Source of the DNA: Bacillota bacterium
GTDB taxonomy: Bacteria; Bacillota; Clostridia; Saccharofermentanales; DTU023
Reading direction: 5' to 3'
NCBI GenBank assembly: GCA_023622515.1
Contig: JAMNZB010000029.1
Span: forward strand, 13,789-77,788
DNA: 64,000 nt
Shown here: positions 38,706 through 47,962 of the stretch, one piece after another
Layout: each line of letters starts with the position of its first letter
Position numbering within the stretch: position 1 is the stretch's first letter
The notes under the pieces: model-generated
Databases searched by the model: none
The model's input: only the letters and a program-made list of their open reading frames with translations
Told to the model about the DNA's origin: nothing
Program-made: the position numbers and the translations under genes

Positions 38706-40109
38706 ATGATGAAAGCAAAAGCGGACAAGGCCAGAATAGCAGCAGCGGAAGTCCTCTGCGATGTCTTTCTACAGGATGCTTTTTCTAATGAAAGCCTGGA
38801 AAAGAATCAGAGAATTAGCAGTCTGCGGAAGGAAGAACGTGCCTTTGCCACAGCCATGGTGTATGGCTGCCTAACCTACCGTCTTCCAATTGATTTTATC
38901 ATTGCCAAACAAAGCGAGCGAAAGCTTGAAAAGATTGATCCGCTTGTTTTAATTATTTTGCGTATGGGGGTCTGGCAGATTTGCTACTCCTATTCGGTTC
39001 CTAAGTTTGCGGCTGTTGACGAGAGTGTAAAACTATGCAGATATTTTAGACGGCCTCGGTCAGCCGCTTTTGTTAATGCCATTTTACGCCGGATTGATCC
39101 GGGAAAAATTTCCTGGCGCAGCAAAGATAGAGGGATTGAACTTGGTCTGGGCAATGAACTTTTTGGCCTGTTTAAGAAATGGTTTGGCGATGAAGAGGCG
39201 ATTGCTGTTGCAGAAGCTTTCCTAAAAAATCATTTTGATATTTGCCTGCGAGTCAATCGCAAGTATACAGACCCCGAACAACTTAGCCGGAGCCTGGCAA
39301 GGGAAGGAGCAAAAATAAAGCCCGGCCGCTACTTCTCCCATGCCCTCTATCTTGATCTGGGAGAAAAACGGATGGAGGAGTTTCAGTCATTCAAAGACGG
39401 CCTTTTCATGGTCCAAGAGGAAGCGGCACAAGCCGTTGGTTTTGTTTCTCATGCAGATAAAAAGAAGCTCCTCCTTGACCTGTGTGCGGCCCCCGGCGGT
39501 AAATCTTGTGACCTGGCAGAGCGCATGCCGGCAGAGGCTAAGTTAATAGCCATTGATATCAGTGAGCGGCGGCTGGACCTGGCAAGAGAAAATACGAAGC
39601 GCTTAAAGCTGGATATGGATTTTTTTGTTGCCGATGCCGCAGACTCCGACTTTACGAGAAGGCTGCAGGTGGCCTATCCCTCCTTGGAAAAAGGAGCCGA
39701 TCTATTGTTGGTTGACGTCCCTTGCAGCGGCCTGGGCCTTTTAGCCAGAAAACCGGAGCTCAGATGGCGAGTTGGCTATGAGGACTTAAAACGTTTTCCC
39801 CCTATCCAAAGGCAGCTTTTGGAAAATGCCGCCGGGCTTTGTGCAAAAGGGGGAGAAGTTATTTACAGCACATGCACATTGAATCCTGCGGAAAATCACG
39901 AACTGGTGAAAAGTTTTCTTGCCGGCCAAATGGGAGAACAATTTACTTTACTGCCTATTAGGGAACGTTTGCCCGACTCTCTTGTGGCAGACCTTCAAGC
40001 AAATCCTTACACTTCAGCCTTGCTTGAGGAGAATTTTCTTCTTTTCCGCCCCGATGTAAGCGGAGGAGATGGTTTTTTTATTGCTGTCCTAAAAAAGAAA
40101 GGCGATTAA
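38706..40109 (+). CDS. rsmB: 16S rRNA (cytosine967-C5)-methyltransferase
   Basis: NusB-like N-terminus, DLCAAPGGKS, DVPCSG and YSTCT motifs. It sits after fmt. Confidence 0.9.
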   Translation: MMKAKADKARIAAAEVLCDVFLQDAFSNESLEKNQRISSLRKEERAFATAMVYGCLTYRLPIDFIIAKQSERKLEKIDPLVLIILRMGVWQICYSYSVPKFAAVDESVKLCRYFRRPRSAAFVNAILRRIDPGKISWRSKDRGIELGLGNELFGLFKKWFGDEEAIAVAEAFLKNHFDICLRVNRKYTDPEQLSRSLAREGAKIKPGRYFSHALYLDLGEKRMEEFQSFKDGLFMVQEEAAQAVGFVSHADKKKLLLDLCAAPGGKSCDLAERMPAEAKLIAIDISERRLDLARENTKRLKLDMDFFVADAADSDFTRRLQVAYPSLEKGADLLLVDVPCSGLGLLARKPELRWRVGYEDLKRFPPIQRQLLENAAGLCAKGGEVIYSTCTLNPAENHELVKSFLAGQMGEQFTLLPIRERLPDSLVADLQANPYTSALLEENFLLFRPDVSGGDGFFIAVLKKKGD

Positions 40110-40110
40110 C

Positions 40111-41154
40111 ATGAAGAAAAATTTCTTAGAGTGCACACTTGAAGAATTTGAAGCCCTTGTGCAGGATTTACAGATGCCGCTGTTTCGAGCTAAGCAGTTG
40201 GTAAATTGGCAAGGCAAGGCTATTCAAAGTTTTTCTGAAATGACCAATCTGCCCAAACTGTTGCGAGAAAAACTTGAAAGCTTATATTACCCGGGTTTAG
40301 CTCAAGCAGAGCAGCATTGGATATCCAAGTCTGATGCCAGTGAAAAATTTGTGCTCTCTTTAGTCGATGGGGAGATTATTGAAGCTGTCCTCATGAAAAG
40401 TAACTACGGTAGCTCTGTATGTCTTTCAACACAGGTAGGCTGTAAGATGGCCTGTCGATTCTGCGCTTCCACCGGCCTGCACTTTGTTCGCAATATTACT
40501 TGTGGGGAGCTCTTGGGACAATTTTTGCTCCTGGAGAAATATAGCAAAAAGAGGATCAGCAATATTGATTTGATGGGTATTGGCGAGCCCCTGGATAATT
40601 ATGATGAGGTTCTTGCCTTTATCAGAAGAATAATCAGCGAGGACTTTCGTAAGATTAGTGCGAGAAAAATCTGCCTTTCCACATGTGGCCTTATCCCCCG
40701 GATACAAGAACTGGCTGAAGAGGGAATTCCTTTGACCTTAAGTATTTCTCTGCATGCACCCAACCAGGCAATCCGAGAGCAGATTATGCCTATTGCTAAA
40801 AAATACCCTTTTTCTGATTTGCTAAAGGCCGCCGAAGAATATTTTGCCCGGACAGGCCGGCGGGTCAGCTATGAATATGCCATGTTTTCGGGAGTTAATG
40901 ACAGTCTTGATGCAGCTTTTGAATTGGCCTCTGTATTACAAGGGAAAAATTGCCATGTCAATCTTATTCCGGCCAATCCAATTGAGGGAGTAAGCTTTTC
41001 CCCAAGTTCAACAAAGCAAATACAAGCCTTTAAGAACATCTTAACAAAGAGAGGGATTAACACTACCGTCCGACGGTCTCTTGGTATTGATATTGAAGCA
41101 GCTTGTGGCCAGTTACGCCGTAGTTCTTTACTTGATGGACCAGGGCTCAAGTGA
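40111..41154 (+). CDS. rlmN: 23S rRNA/tRNA (adenine-C2)-methyltransferase, radical SAM
   Basis: QVGCKMACRFCAS cluster, MGIGEPLDN and ACGQL motifs. Confidence 0.92.
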   Translation: MKKNFLECTLEEFEALVQDLQMPLFRAKQLVNWQGKAIQSFSEMTNLPKLLREKLESLYYPGLAQAEQHWISKSDASEKFVLSLVDGEIIEAVLMKSNYGSSVCLSTQVGCKMACRFCASTGLHFVRNITCGELLGQFLLLEKYSKKRISNIDLMGIGEPLDNYDEVLAFIRRIISEDFRKISARKICLSTCGLIPRIQELAEEGIPLTLSISLHAPNQAIREQIMPIAKKYPFSDLLKAAEEYFARTGRRVSYEYAMFSGVNDSLDAAFELASVLQGKNCHVNLIPANPIEGVSFSPSSTKQIQAFKNILTKRGINTTVRRSLGIDIEAACGQLRRSSLLDGPGLK

Positions 41155-41187
41155 TAAGATACAAGCATATCTATTAGAAAAACGGGG

Positions 41188-41940
41188 TTGGATGTGAGTA
41201 AGAGGCTAAATTTTGCAGCAAAAAGTGACATTGGGAGTGTCCGAAACAAAAATGAAGATAGCTATGCCTTTTTTGTTGCAGAAACAGACTGGCCGGCCAT
41301 TTTTATTATTGCTGACGGTATGGGCGGACACTCCAGAGGTGAACTGGCAAGTAAGACGGCTGTCGATTATTGCAAGGAGCGTTTGAGTCAAGATTTGGGT
41401 CCCGCAGACCAACCGGAAAGAATAGAAATGCTTTTGCGCGACACGATACAGAAGGCCAATATAGAAGTCTATTTACGCTCCTTGGAAGATTATGTGAACA
41501 GTGGTATGGGCACAACGCTGACCATTGCCGTTTTTTATCCGGACCATATGTATTTGGGTCATGTTGGCGATTCGCGTTGCTATATTTCCAGAAAAGGTAT
41601 TTTGGAGAAATTATCTCGCGACCATACTTTGGTTCAAAAAATGCAGGATGAGGGTTTGTTAACGGAAGAAGAAGGCTCAACCCATCCTCAACGCCATATT
41701 TTAACACAGGCACTGGGGGTACCTGATTATTTAAAACCGGAAATTTTACACTTGGAAATGAAGCGTAATGACCGCTACCTTCTTTGCAGTGACGGGCTTC
41801 ACGGCTTTGTTGGAGAGAGTGTTATAGAAGAAACAATGCGCAAGGCAAAAAATCCTCAGCAAAGTGTAGACGAACTCATTGACTTGGCCTTAAAAGCCGG
41901 TGGGCATGATAATGTAACAGTGATTTCCATTTTTTTATAG
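41188..41940 (+). CDS. PP2C-family Ser/Thr protein phosphatase
   Basis: RNKNEDS, ADGMGGH, CSDGL and DNVTV motifs. It lies upstream of the PASTA kinase. Confidence 0.9.
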   Translation: MDVSKRLNFAAKSDIGSVRNKNEDSYAFFVAETDWPAIFIIADGMGGHSRGELASKTAVDYCKERLSQDLGPADQPERIEMLLRDTIQKANIEVYLRSLEDYVNSGMGTTLTIAVFYPDHMYLGHVGDSRCYISRKGILEKLSRDHTLVQKMQDEGLLTEEEGSTHPQRHILTQALGVPDYLKPEILHLEMKRNDRYLLCSDGLHGFVGESVIEETMRKAKNPQQSVDELIDLALKAGGHDNVTVISIFL

Positions 41941-41949
41941 AGGAGTTTT

Positions 41950-44013
41950 ATGAAGTCTGCTCAAGCAAAAATTCCCCCTAACTATGTCCTTGACGGCCGC
42001 TATGAAATGTTAGAGGCCTTGGGTCAGGGTGGTATGGCGCATGTTTACCTCGCTTATGACCGTGAGCGCGGAAACAATGTGGCGGTGAAATTGATGCGCG
42101 ATGAGCTAAGTGATGATCCGGAATTTATTCGGCGTTTTGCAACAGAAGCCAGAGCAGCAGCAAGCTTAGACCATCCCAACATTGTTAAAGTTCTGGATTA
42201 TGGGCAGGATGGCGACATCCGTTACATTGTTCAAGAATATGTCGAGGGAACAAATCTAAAGGAGTTAATTAAAGAATACGGTGCCCTTAGCTGGGACTTG
42301 GCCGTCCCCCTCATGATGCAAATAGGCATGGGCCTGGAACATGCCCACAGAAGAGGTATTATCCACCGTGACATGAAACCGCAGAATGTCTTAATTACTC
42401 CGCAAATGACAGCTAAAGTGACAGACTTCGGTATAGCCAGGGCAAGTATTGCGAATACAATTACCCTAACCGGCGGGGCAGCTTTTGGTTCAGTCCATTA
42501 TTTTTCTCCTGAGCAGGCGAGGGGAGGGGCCGTTACAGAACGTTCTGATTTATATTCCCTGGGCCTGATGCTCTATGAAATGCTTACTGGCAAATTGCCT
42601 TTTGACGGTGATTCTTCGGTTGCCGTTGCGATTAAACAATTGCAAGAAATGCCGATGAGGCCAAGCAAAGTAAATCCTAAGATTCCTCCCGGACTTGATA
42701 TTATAATTTTCAAGGCGATACAAAAAAGTCCTGAACGGCGCTTCTCTTCCGCCCGTGAATTTGTCGGCGAATTGGACCGTTTCATGCTTAATCCCAGGGC
42801 CTATTTTGAAAGTTTCCCTCCCCAGGCACAAAATTGGAGTAGCAGCAGTGCCGCTCTTACTACCGATAAAGGGAGTTCGAATTATGGAAAAATTGAAGAG
42901 ATAGAGCGAAATATTAATCGCAGAAGACGCTCTCGATTACGGGATTATATCTTAACCGTAGTAATTGTTATTTTAGCGGTTTTCATTTTGGGTTATATTA
43001 TAAAAGTTGCCATTAATAATTTTTCTTTAGGGTCTAATACAGAGGGTGACGAGAGCATTATTGTTGTTGAACGCTATATTGGCCAAAATATTTCTGAAGT
43101 AGAAAGTCAGCTGCAGCAGATTTATGGGGACAAGTACGAGTTGATTCCTGTAAAGTCCGAAACCCAGGATAAGGGTGTGATTTTTGAGCAAAATCCCAGT
43201 TATGGAACAAAATTACGCAAAGAAGATGCCCATATCAGTTTGAAATATTCTGTAGGTAAAAGCGAGGTTATTATTGATGATGTTGCCGGCCTTACAGAAG
43301 ATGAGGCACGTAGCCGGCTGGAGAGCCAGGGGATTAACCCTGTTTTGCGTCGTGAAGGGTCCGAGCTGATTCCGGCCGGTAATGTTATTCGTACGGAGCC
43401 GGCAGCCGGAGATAGTACCTATGAAGGGGCTCGTGTTTTACTCTTTGTTTCAGCCGGTTCGGAACGGGTTCTTATGCCGCCCCTGGAAGGGCTTTCCTAT
43501 GCCCAGGCGGAATATGTACTGGAAGAGCTTAATCTTAACTTGCGAGGGGAAAATGTTCACTATAATGAGGCCGGAGAACTTGAAGAGCCGCCCCGTGAAC
43601 TACGTATTGTTGTAAGACAAAAGACAAATGCGGATACCGAATTGCGTAGTGGAACGACTGTTTTTGTTGAATATGGTACACAAGAGGATTATCAGCTGGT
43701 CTTGCAGGGGATTGATTTGAAGGAAGCGGCAAGAAAGCGGGCAGATCGTGAAGCGCATCAGCAAGCAACGCTCCATCTTGTGCAGCCCCGGGCTGGTGTT
43801 ATGCCTAATCTGCTCGGTATGACAATCGATGAAGTACGGGCAGCGATGCAGCATGTTTGGCCGCAAGATGCCCCGGCCTATTCTATTGCCACGCAAGGTG
43901 AGGCCAAATCTGTTGCAGAAGCAGGGGTAGTGGTAGTGCGGCAAAGCATACCGGCCGGCAATTCCTTTAATCCCTATACAGATACCCTTTTTGTATTCTT
44001 TGATTACCGCTAA
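41950..44013 (+). CDS. prkC: Ser/Thr protein kinase with extracellular PASTA repeats
   Basis: GQGGMAHVY, VAVK, HRDMKPQN, DFGIA and SPEQA motifs, then one TM helix, then repeated PASTA-like units. Confidence 0.92.
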   Translation: MKSAQAKIPPNYVLDGRYEMLEALGQGGMAHVYLAYDRERGNNVAVKLMRDELSDDPEFIRRFATEARAAASLDHPNIVKVLDYGQDGDIRYIVQEYVEGTNLKELIKEYGALSWDLAVPLMMQIGMGLEHAHRRGIIHRDMKPQNVLITPQMTAKVTDFGIARASIANTITLTGGAAFGSVHYFSPEQARGGAVTERSDLYSLGLMLYEMLTGKLPFDGDSSVAVAIKQLQEMPMRPSKVNPKIPPGLDIIIFKAIQKSPERRFSSAREFVGELDRFMLNPRAYFESFPPQAQNWSSSSAALTTDKGSSNYGKIEEIERNINRRRRSRLRDYILTVVIVILAVFILGYIIKVAINNFSLGSNTEGDESIIVVERYIGQNISEVESQLQQIYGDKYELIPVKSETQDKGVIFEQNPSYGTKLRKEDAHISLKYSVGKSEVIIDDVAGLTEDEARSRLESQGINPVLRREGSELIPAGNVIRTEPAAGDSTYEGARVLLFVSAGSERVLMPPLEGLSYAQAEYVLEELNLNLRGENVHYNEAGELEEPPRELRIVVRQKTNADTELRSGTTVFVEYGTQEDYQLVLQGIDLKEAARKRADREAHQQATLHLVQPRAGVMPNLLGMTIDEVRAAMQHVWPQDAPAYSIATQGEAKSVAEAGVVVVRQSIPAGNSFNPYTDTLFVFFDYR

Positions 44014-44029
44014 GGAAGAGAGAGGAAGA

Positions 44030-44914
44030 GTGAAAAAAGACGAAGCAAGAATTCTCAGGGGCGTTGCCGGTGTTTATCTTTTAAGTAATCCTGAAACAAA
44101 ATTTAGAGGACAGGCTGTAGCGCGCGGCCTCTTCCGGAAAGACGGAATTAAACCACTGCCGGGAGATATTGTCCGTTATGAAAGCTCAGAGGACCCGGAT
44201 ATTCCTTGGGTCATTACAGAGATTTCCCCGCGAAAGAATGAAATTAGGCGGCCGCCGATGGCCAATCTAGATTATTTATTGCTTACTGCCTCAGCAGAGT
44301 TGCCTAAAGTAGACTACCATTATATGGACCGAATGATTTGCTATGCGCTGAATAATCAGATAGATGTTGTTTTGCTGCTAACAAAATGCGACCTGCCCGA
44401 AGCGAAAGAGACCATTCAAGAATTTACAGCGTATTATAAACCTAGCGGATTTACCTATTATTTTGTGTCTTTTGATGACGACAAAATTATTGCTGAGCTA
44501 AGAGGAAAAATTGACCACAGCCTAGCTGCCTTTGCCGGTCAGAGTGGTGTAGGAAAATCAACGCTCATGAATCGAGTTTTAGGACAAGAGATTTTAGAGA
44601 CGGGCCTTCTTTCGGAGAAGGCAGGAAGGGGCAGGCAAACAACAAGAAGTGTCGAAATTTATTCCTGGCATGAGTGTTTTCTTGCTGATACACCGGGCTT
44701 TCAAAGTATTGAAATCACCAACATGAATTTGGAAGGCCGGGACCTTGTCTTGGCCTATCCCGAGTTAAAGGCGGTCAGCCATCTCTGTCGCTATGCGGAT
44801 TGTCGTCATATGGGGGAGGCCGGTTGTGCTGTTGAAGAAGCAAACATCCATCCGGACCGCCTGGCTAATTATCGCAGTTTGCGCCGTGACCTGGATGAGT
44901 TCCGGAAATATTAG
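44030..44914 (+). CDS. rsgA: ribosome small subunit-dependent GTPase A
   Basis: LTKCDL, GQSGVGKST, DTPGF and the zinc motif CRYADCRHMGEAGCAV. A GTG start at 44030 after a GGAAGAG-rich RBS is preferred. Confidence 0.9.
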   Translation: MKKDEARILRGVAGVYLLSNPETKFRGQAVARGLFRKDGIKPLPGDIVRYESSEDPDIPWVITEISPRKNEIRRPPMANLDYLLLTASAELPKVDYHYMDRMICYALNNQIDVVLLLTKCDLPEAKETIQEFTAYYKPSGFTYYFVSFDDDKIIAELRGKIDHSLAAFAGQSGVGKSTLMNRVLGQEILETGLLSEKAGRGRQTTRSVEIYSWHECFLADTPGFQSIEITNMNLEGRDLVLAYPELKAVSHLCRYADCRHMGEAGCAVEEANIHPDRLANYRSLRRDLDEFRKY

Positions 44915-44955
44915 ATAAATAAAATCCTGAAATGTAAGGAAGAAGGAGATGCAAT

Positions 44956-45654
44956 ATGGTGGTAAATAAAAGATTAGAGAAGCTTTTAAACACGGAAGGT
45001 CCCCTTTTGGCGCCCTCCCTTCTGGCTGCTGATTTTACAAATCTGGCTGCTGCCCTGGCTAAGGTAAGTGGGGCGGATGCCTTGCACCTAGATATTATGG
45101 ATGGGCATTTTGTTCCGAATATTTCCTATGGTCCAGCTATCGTAAAGCAGCTTCGTCCCCTTTGGGATAAGGTTTTTGATGTCCATCTCATGGTTAAACA
45201 TCCCGAAGCTTGGTTAGAGGCATTTGCCGATGCCGGAGCGGATATTTTTGTTTTTCATCTTGAAAGTACTGACCATGCCCATCGCCTGGTCCAAGAGATT
45301 AAAAAGCGGGGCATGCTTGCCGGTATATCTCTCAATCCTTCTACTCCTGCCTCTTGTCTGGAGGCTATACTTCCTGACTTAGATCTGGTTTTATTGATGA
45401 CGGTAAATCCGGGTTTTGGTGGGCAAAGCTATATTGAATCTATGGAGAAAAAGATAGCGGAAGTCCGGGAGATGATTCATAAGACAGGGAAGAAAATTCT
45501 TCTCCAAGTCGATGGGGGGATAAAAGAAGAAACAATAACCGGGGCGGCAAAAGCGGGAGCTGATTTTTTTGTTGCCGGAACATCTGTCTTTAAGGCAGAC
45601 AATCCCGAAGCGGAAATTGAAAAACTCAAGCTAAGGGCACGAGGCGTGAAGTAA
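44956..45654 (+). CDS. rpe: ribulose-phosphate 3-epimerase
   Basis: APSLLAADF, HLDIMDGHFVPN, MTVNPGFGGQ and VDGGI motifs. Confidence 0.93.
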   Translation: MVVNKRLEKLLNTEGPLLAPSLLAADFTNLAAALAKVSGADALHLDIMDGHFVPNISYGPAIVKQLRPLWDKVFDVHLMVKHPEAWLEAFADAGADIFVFHLESTDHAHRLVQEIKKRGMLAGISLNPSTPASCLEAILPDLDLVLLMTVNPGFGGQSYIESMEKKIAEVREMIHKTGKKILLQVDGGIKEETITGAAKAGADFFVAGTSVFKADNPEAEIEKLKLRARGVK

Positions 45655-46478
45655 TGTGGCAGGGCTTATTTTTAAGTGGCGATATGCTTCAGCCGGAAAA
45701 AATAAAAGTTTTGGCCAATTGCTGTGATTCTTTGTGGGCTGCTGATGGCGGATTAGATCGCTTGCTGGAGCTCGGGCTGGAGGCTGATTTTTTTGTTGGG
45801 GACGGTGACTCCCTAGGTGCAAAGGGGGCAGGATACCTCAAAGAGCGGGCTATACCTGCAAAATATTTAAAGGAAAGAAAGGATGAAAGCGACTCGGCTG
45901 TTGCTTTACAGCTGATGCTTGAGCGCTATGAAAAAGAGGGGCAAAAAGCAAGCCCGGGGAAAGCTGAGCAAAGAAATACGAATCCTTCTTTTCCGGAGCG
46001 CTTCGGGGCAGCTTTAAAGCGGAGGGCAGGTGGGCCTTCAAAAAAATGTGAAGCGCTTTTTTCCGGTCCTTCAGGAATTATTTTTTTTACGGCATTAGGT
46101 ACTCGCTATGACCATGTGCTATCGAATCTAGCCCTTGCCTGCCGTTATGTTAAGGCGGAACTTCCCTTCCTACTTACTGACGGGAAAAGCTATATTTGGG
46201 TGTTAAAAGGGCCGGGCCAATATATTTTTCCCAATTGTTTTTATGCTAATCAGGGCGAAAGGCTCTATCTCTCTTTGCTGCCACAAACAGCGGAAGTAGA
46301 AAATATCTCTCTCAAAAATGTCTTATGGCCACTTGAAAACCGAACTTTATTTCAAGGCATTTCTCTTGGCCTAAGTAATGAGATGCTCGACAATCAATCG
46401 GCAAACTTATCTTTCCAAGGGGGAATCCTTTCTGTAATCCTTTCTACGGAAAATAAAGAAGAAGTAAAGAGGAAATAG
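45654..46478 (+). CDS. thiamine diphosphokinase (with an internal insertion of about 50 aa)
   Basis: AADGGLDRLLE, GDGDSLG, KDESD and GTRYDHVLSNL motifs. Its start overlaps the rpe stop (TAATG). Confidence 0.8.
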   Translation: MWQGLFLSGDMLQPEKIKVLANCCDSLWAADGGLDRLLELGLEADFFVGDGDSLGAKGAGYLKERAIPAKYLKERKDESDSAVALQLMLERYEKEGQKASPGKAEQRNTNPSFPERFGAALKRRAGGPSKKCEALFSGPSGIIFFTALGTRYDHVLSNLALACRYVKAELPFLLTDGKSYIWVLKGPGQYIFPNCFYANQGERLYLSLLPQTAEVENISLKNVLWPLENRTLFQGISLGLSNEMLDNQSANLSFQGGILSVILSTENKEEVKRK

Positions 46479-46622
46479 GAAAAAGAAGCCTGTTCTTGCC
46501 GTCCCTCTTGCAGAATCCGGATAGAAGAAGACCCCCTTATACACTTGTCCTGCCGGAAAGGGCTAAGACCCTTGTAAAAGAGGGTTCCGTTGGAGCTGTC
46601 TTTTTAAAAATAGCCGGCAGAC

Positions 46623-47852
46623 CTAGCCTTCAAAGGTTAAAGCAAAGTAATTCTTCTTCCCCCGGCGGATAATGGCTGCCCCGTCCACCAAATCAGATTT
46701 CTCCAATACTCTTGCGAAATCTGAAATAGCTTCATCGTTTATACTGAGTCCCTTCTGTTTAATTAAGCGTCTGCCTTCACTTTTTGAGGGAATAAAATTA
46801 TGAGTACAAAGGATGTCTAAAATCTCTTTGCCGAAGTCTTCTTCTGTAAGCCTTGCTCCGGGCATGTCTTCAGAACGACCGCGGGACCCGAAAATTTCTG
46901 CGGCTTGACGCTCAGCTTCCCTGGCTTTCTCTTCTCCGTGAACAATAGTGGTAACTTCAAAAGCAAGGCGTTTTTTTGCTTCATTTATTGCGGCGCCTTC
47001 CAACTTGGCGTATTCGGCAATTTCTTCAAGAGGCATAAAAGTCAGAAGTTTCATGCATTTTTCCACATCACGGTCGTCTAAATTTCTCCAGTACTGATAG
47101 AAGTCGTAGACAGAGCATTTTGTTTCATCAAGCCATAAGGCTCCATCTGCTGTTTTGCCCATTTTTTCCCCATCGGCCTTGGTGAGGAGATTGAAGGTGA
47201 GCCCGTAGGCAGGACCGAGCCCTTTCCTGCGAATCAGATCGGTTCCGGCAAGAATATTGGACCACTGGTCATCGCCACCTAATTGCAATTTACAATCAAA
47301 ATGCTTGTGAAGGTAGAGGAAGTCATAGGCTTGGAGAATCATATAGTTAAATTCCATGAAGGTTAAGCCTTCCTCCATACGATTTTTATAGCAATCCGCA
47401 GCCAGCATGCGATTTACGGAGAAATGAGCACCCACATCTCGAATAAAATCGATATATTGCAACTTCATAATCCAATCGGCATTATTGACCATTAGGGCTT
47501 TGCCATCGGAAAAGTCAAGAAGAATCTGCATTTGTTTTTTAAACTGTTCGATATTATGACGAATGCTTTCTTCATCCAAGAATTGGCGCATGTCGGTACG
47601 GCCGGAAGGATCGCCAATCATGCCTGTGCCGCCGCCGAGAATAACAATGGGACGATGGCCCGCATGCTGCATATGTGCCATGACCATGAGTTGTAATAGG
47701 TGGCCAACATGAAGACTATCAGCTGTAGGATCATAGCCGGTATAGAAGCTAATCTTCTCCTTGCTTAATAATTCCCGCAAGTCATCTTCATGTGTTACTT
47801 GAGCGACATAACCGCGCTCTTTTAAGAGGTCATAAATATTTGTTTGAGCCAT
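46623..47852 (-). CDS. tyrS: tyrosine--tRNA ligase
   Basis: TADSLHVGHL (HIGH), KMGKT (KMSKS) and a C-terminal S4-like domain. Confidence 0.93.
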   Translation of the reverse strand: MAQTNIYDLLKERGYVAQVTHEDDLRELLSKEKISFYTGYDPTADSLHVGHLLQLMVMAHMQHAGHRPIVILGGGTGMIGDPSGRTDMRQFLDEESIRHNIEQFKKQMQILLDFSDGKALMVNNADWIMKLQYIDFIRDVGAHFSVNRMLAADCYKNRMEEGLTFMEFNYMILQAYDFLYLHKHFDCKLQLGGDDQWSNILAGTDLIRRKGLGPAYGLTFNLLTKADGEKMGKTADGALWLDETKCSVYDFYQYWRNLDDRDVEKCMKLLTFMPLEEIAEYAKLEGAAINEAKKRLAFEVTTIVHGEEKAREAERQAAEIFGSRGRSEDMPGARLTEEDFGKEILDILCTHNFIPSKSEGRRLIKQKGLSINDEAISDFARVLEKSDLVDGAAIIRRGKKNYFALTFEG

Positions 47853-47893
47853 AACAATCCCTTTCAGTATTACTTGTAATCTTTATGATAAAT

Positions 47894-47922
47894 ATTCTAT
47901 AAACAAAGTCGCTATTAGTCAA
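47894..47922 (-). promoter_or_regulatory. sigma-A type promoter for tyrS (TTGACT, 17 bp spacer, TAGAAT on the minus strand)
   Basis: The hexamers were read on the reverse complement. The -10 is 47894-47899 and the -35 is 47917-47922. Confidence 0.55.
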
Positions 47923-47962
47923 AATCAGCATTTCAACAAAAACTATCCCGCGCCGGAGGAAA

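Noticed and set aside
46479-46622. The 144-bp convergent gap between thiamine diphosphokinase and tyrS, as a possible small RNA or tRNA locus
   Set aside because: I could find no cloverleaf-compatible arms and no strong hairpin with a U tract, only weak 4-5 bp stems. There is nothing here I can support.
47853-47962. T-box riboswitch upstream of tyrS (and upstream of proS at 53170..53316)
   Set aside because: The leaders are too short (110 and 147 bp). Neither contains the conserved T-box sequence or a terminator/antiterminator pair.
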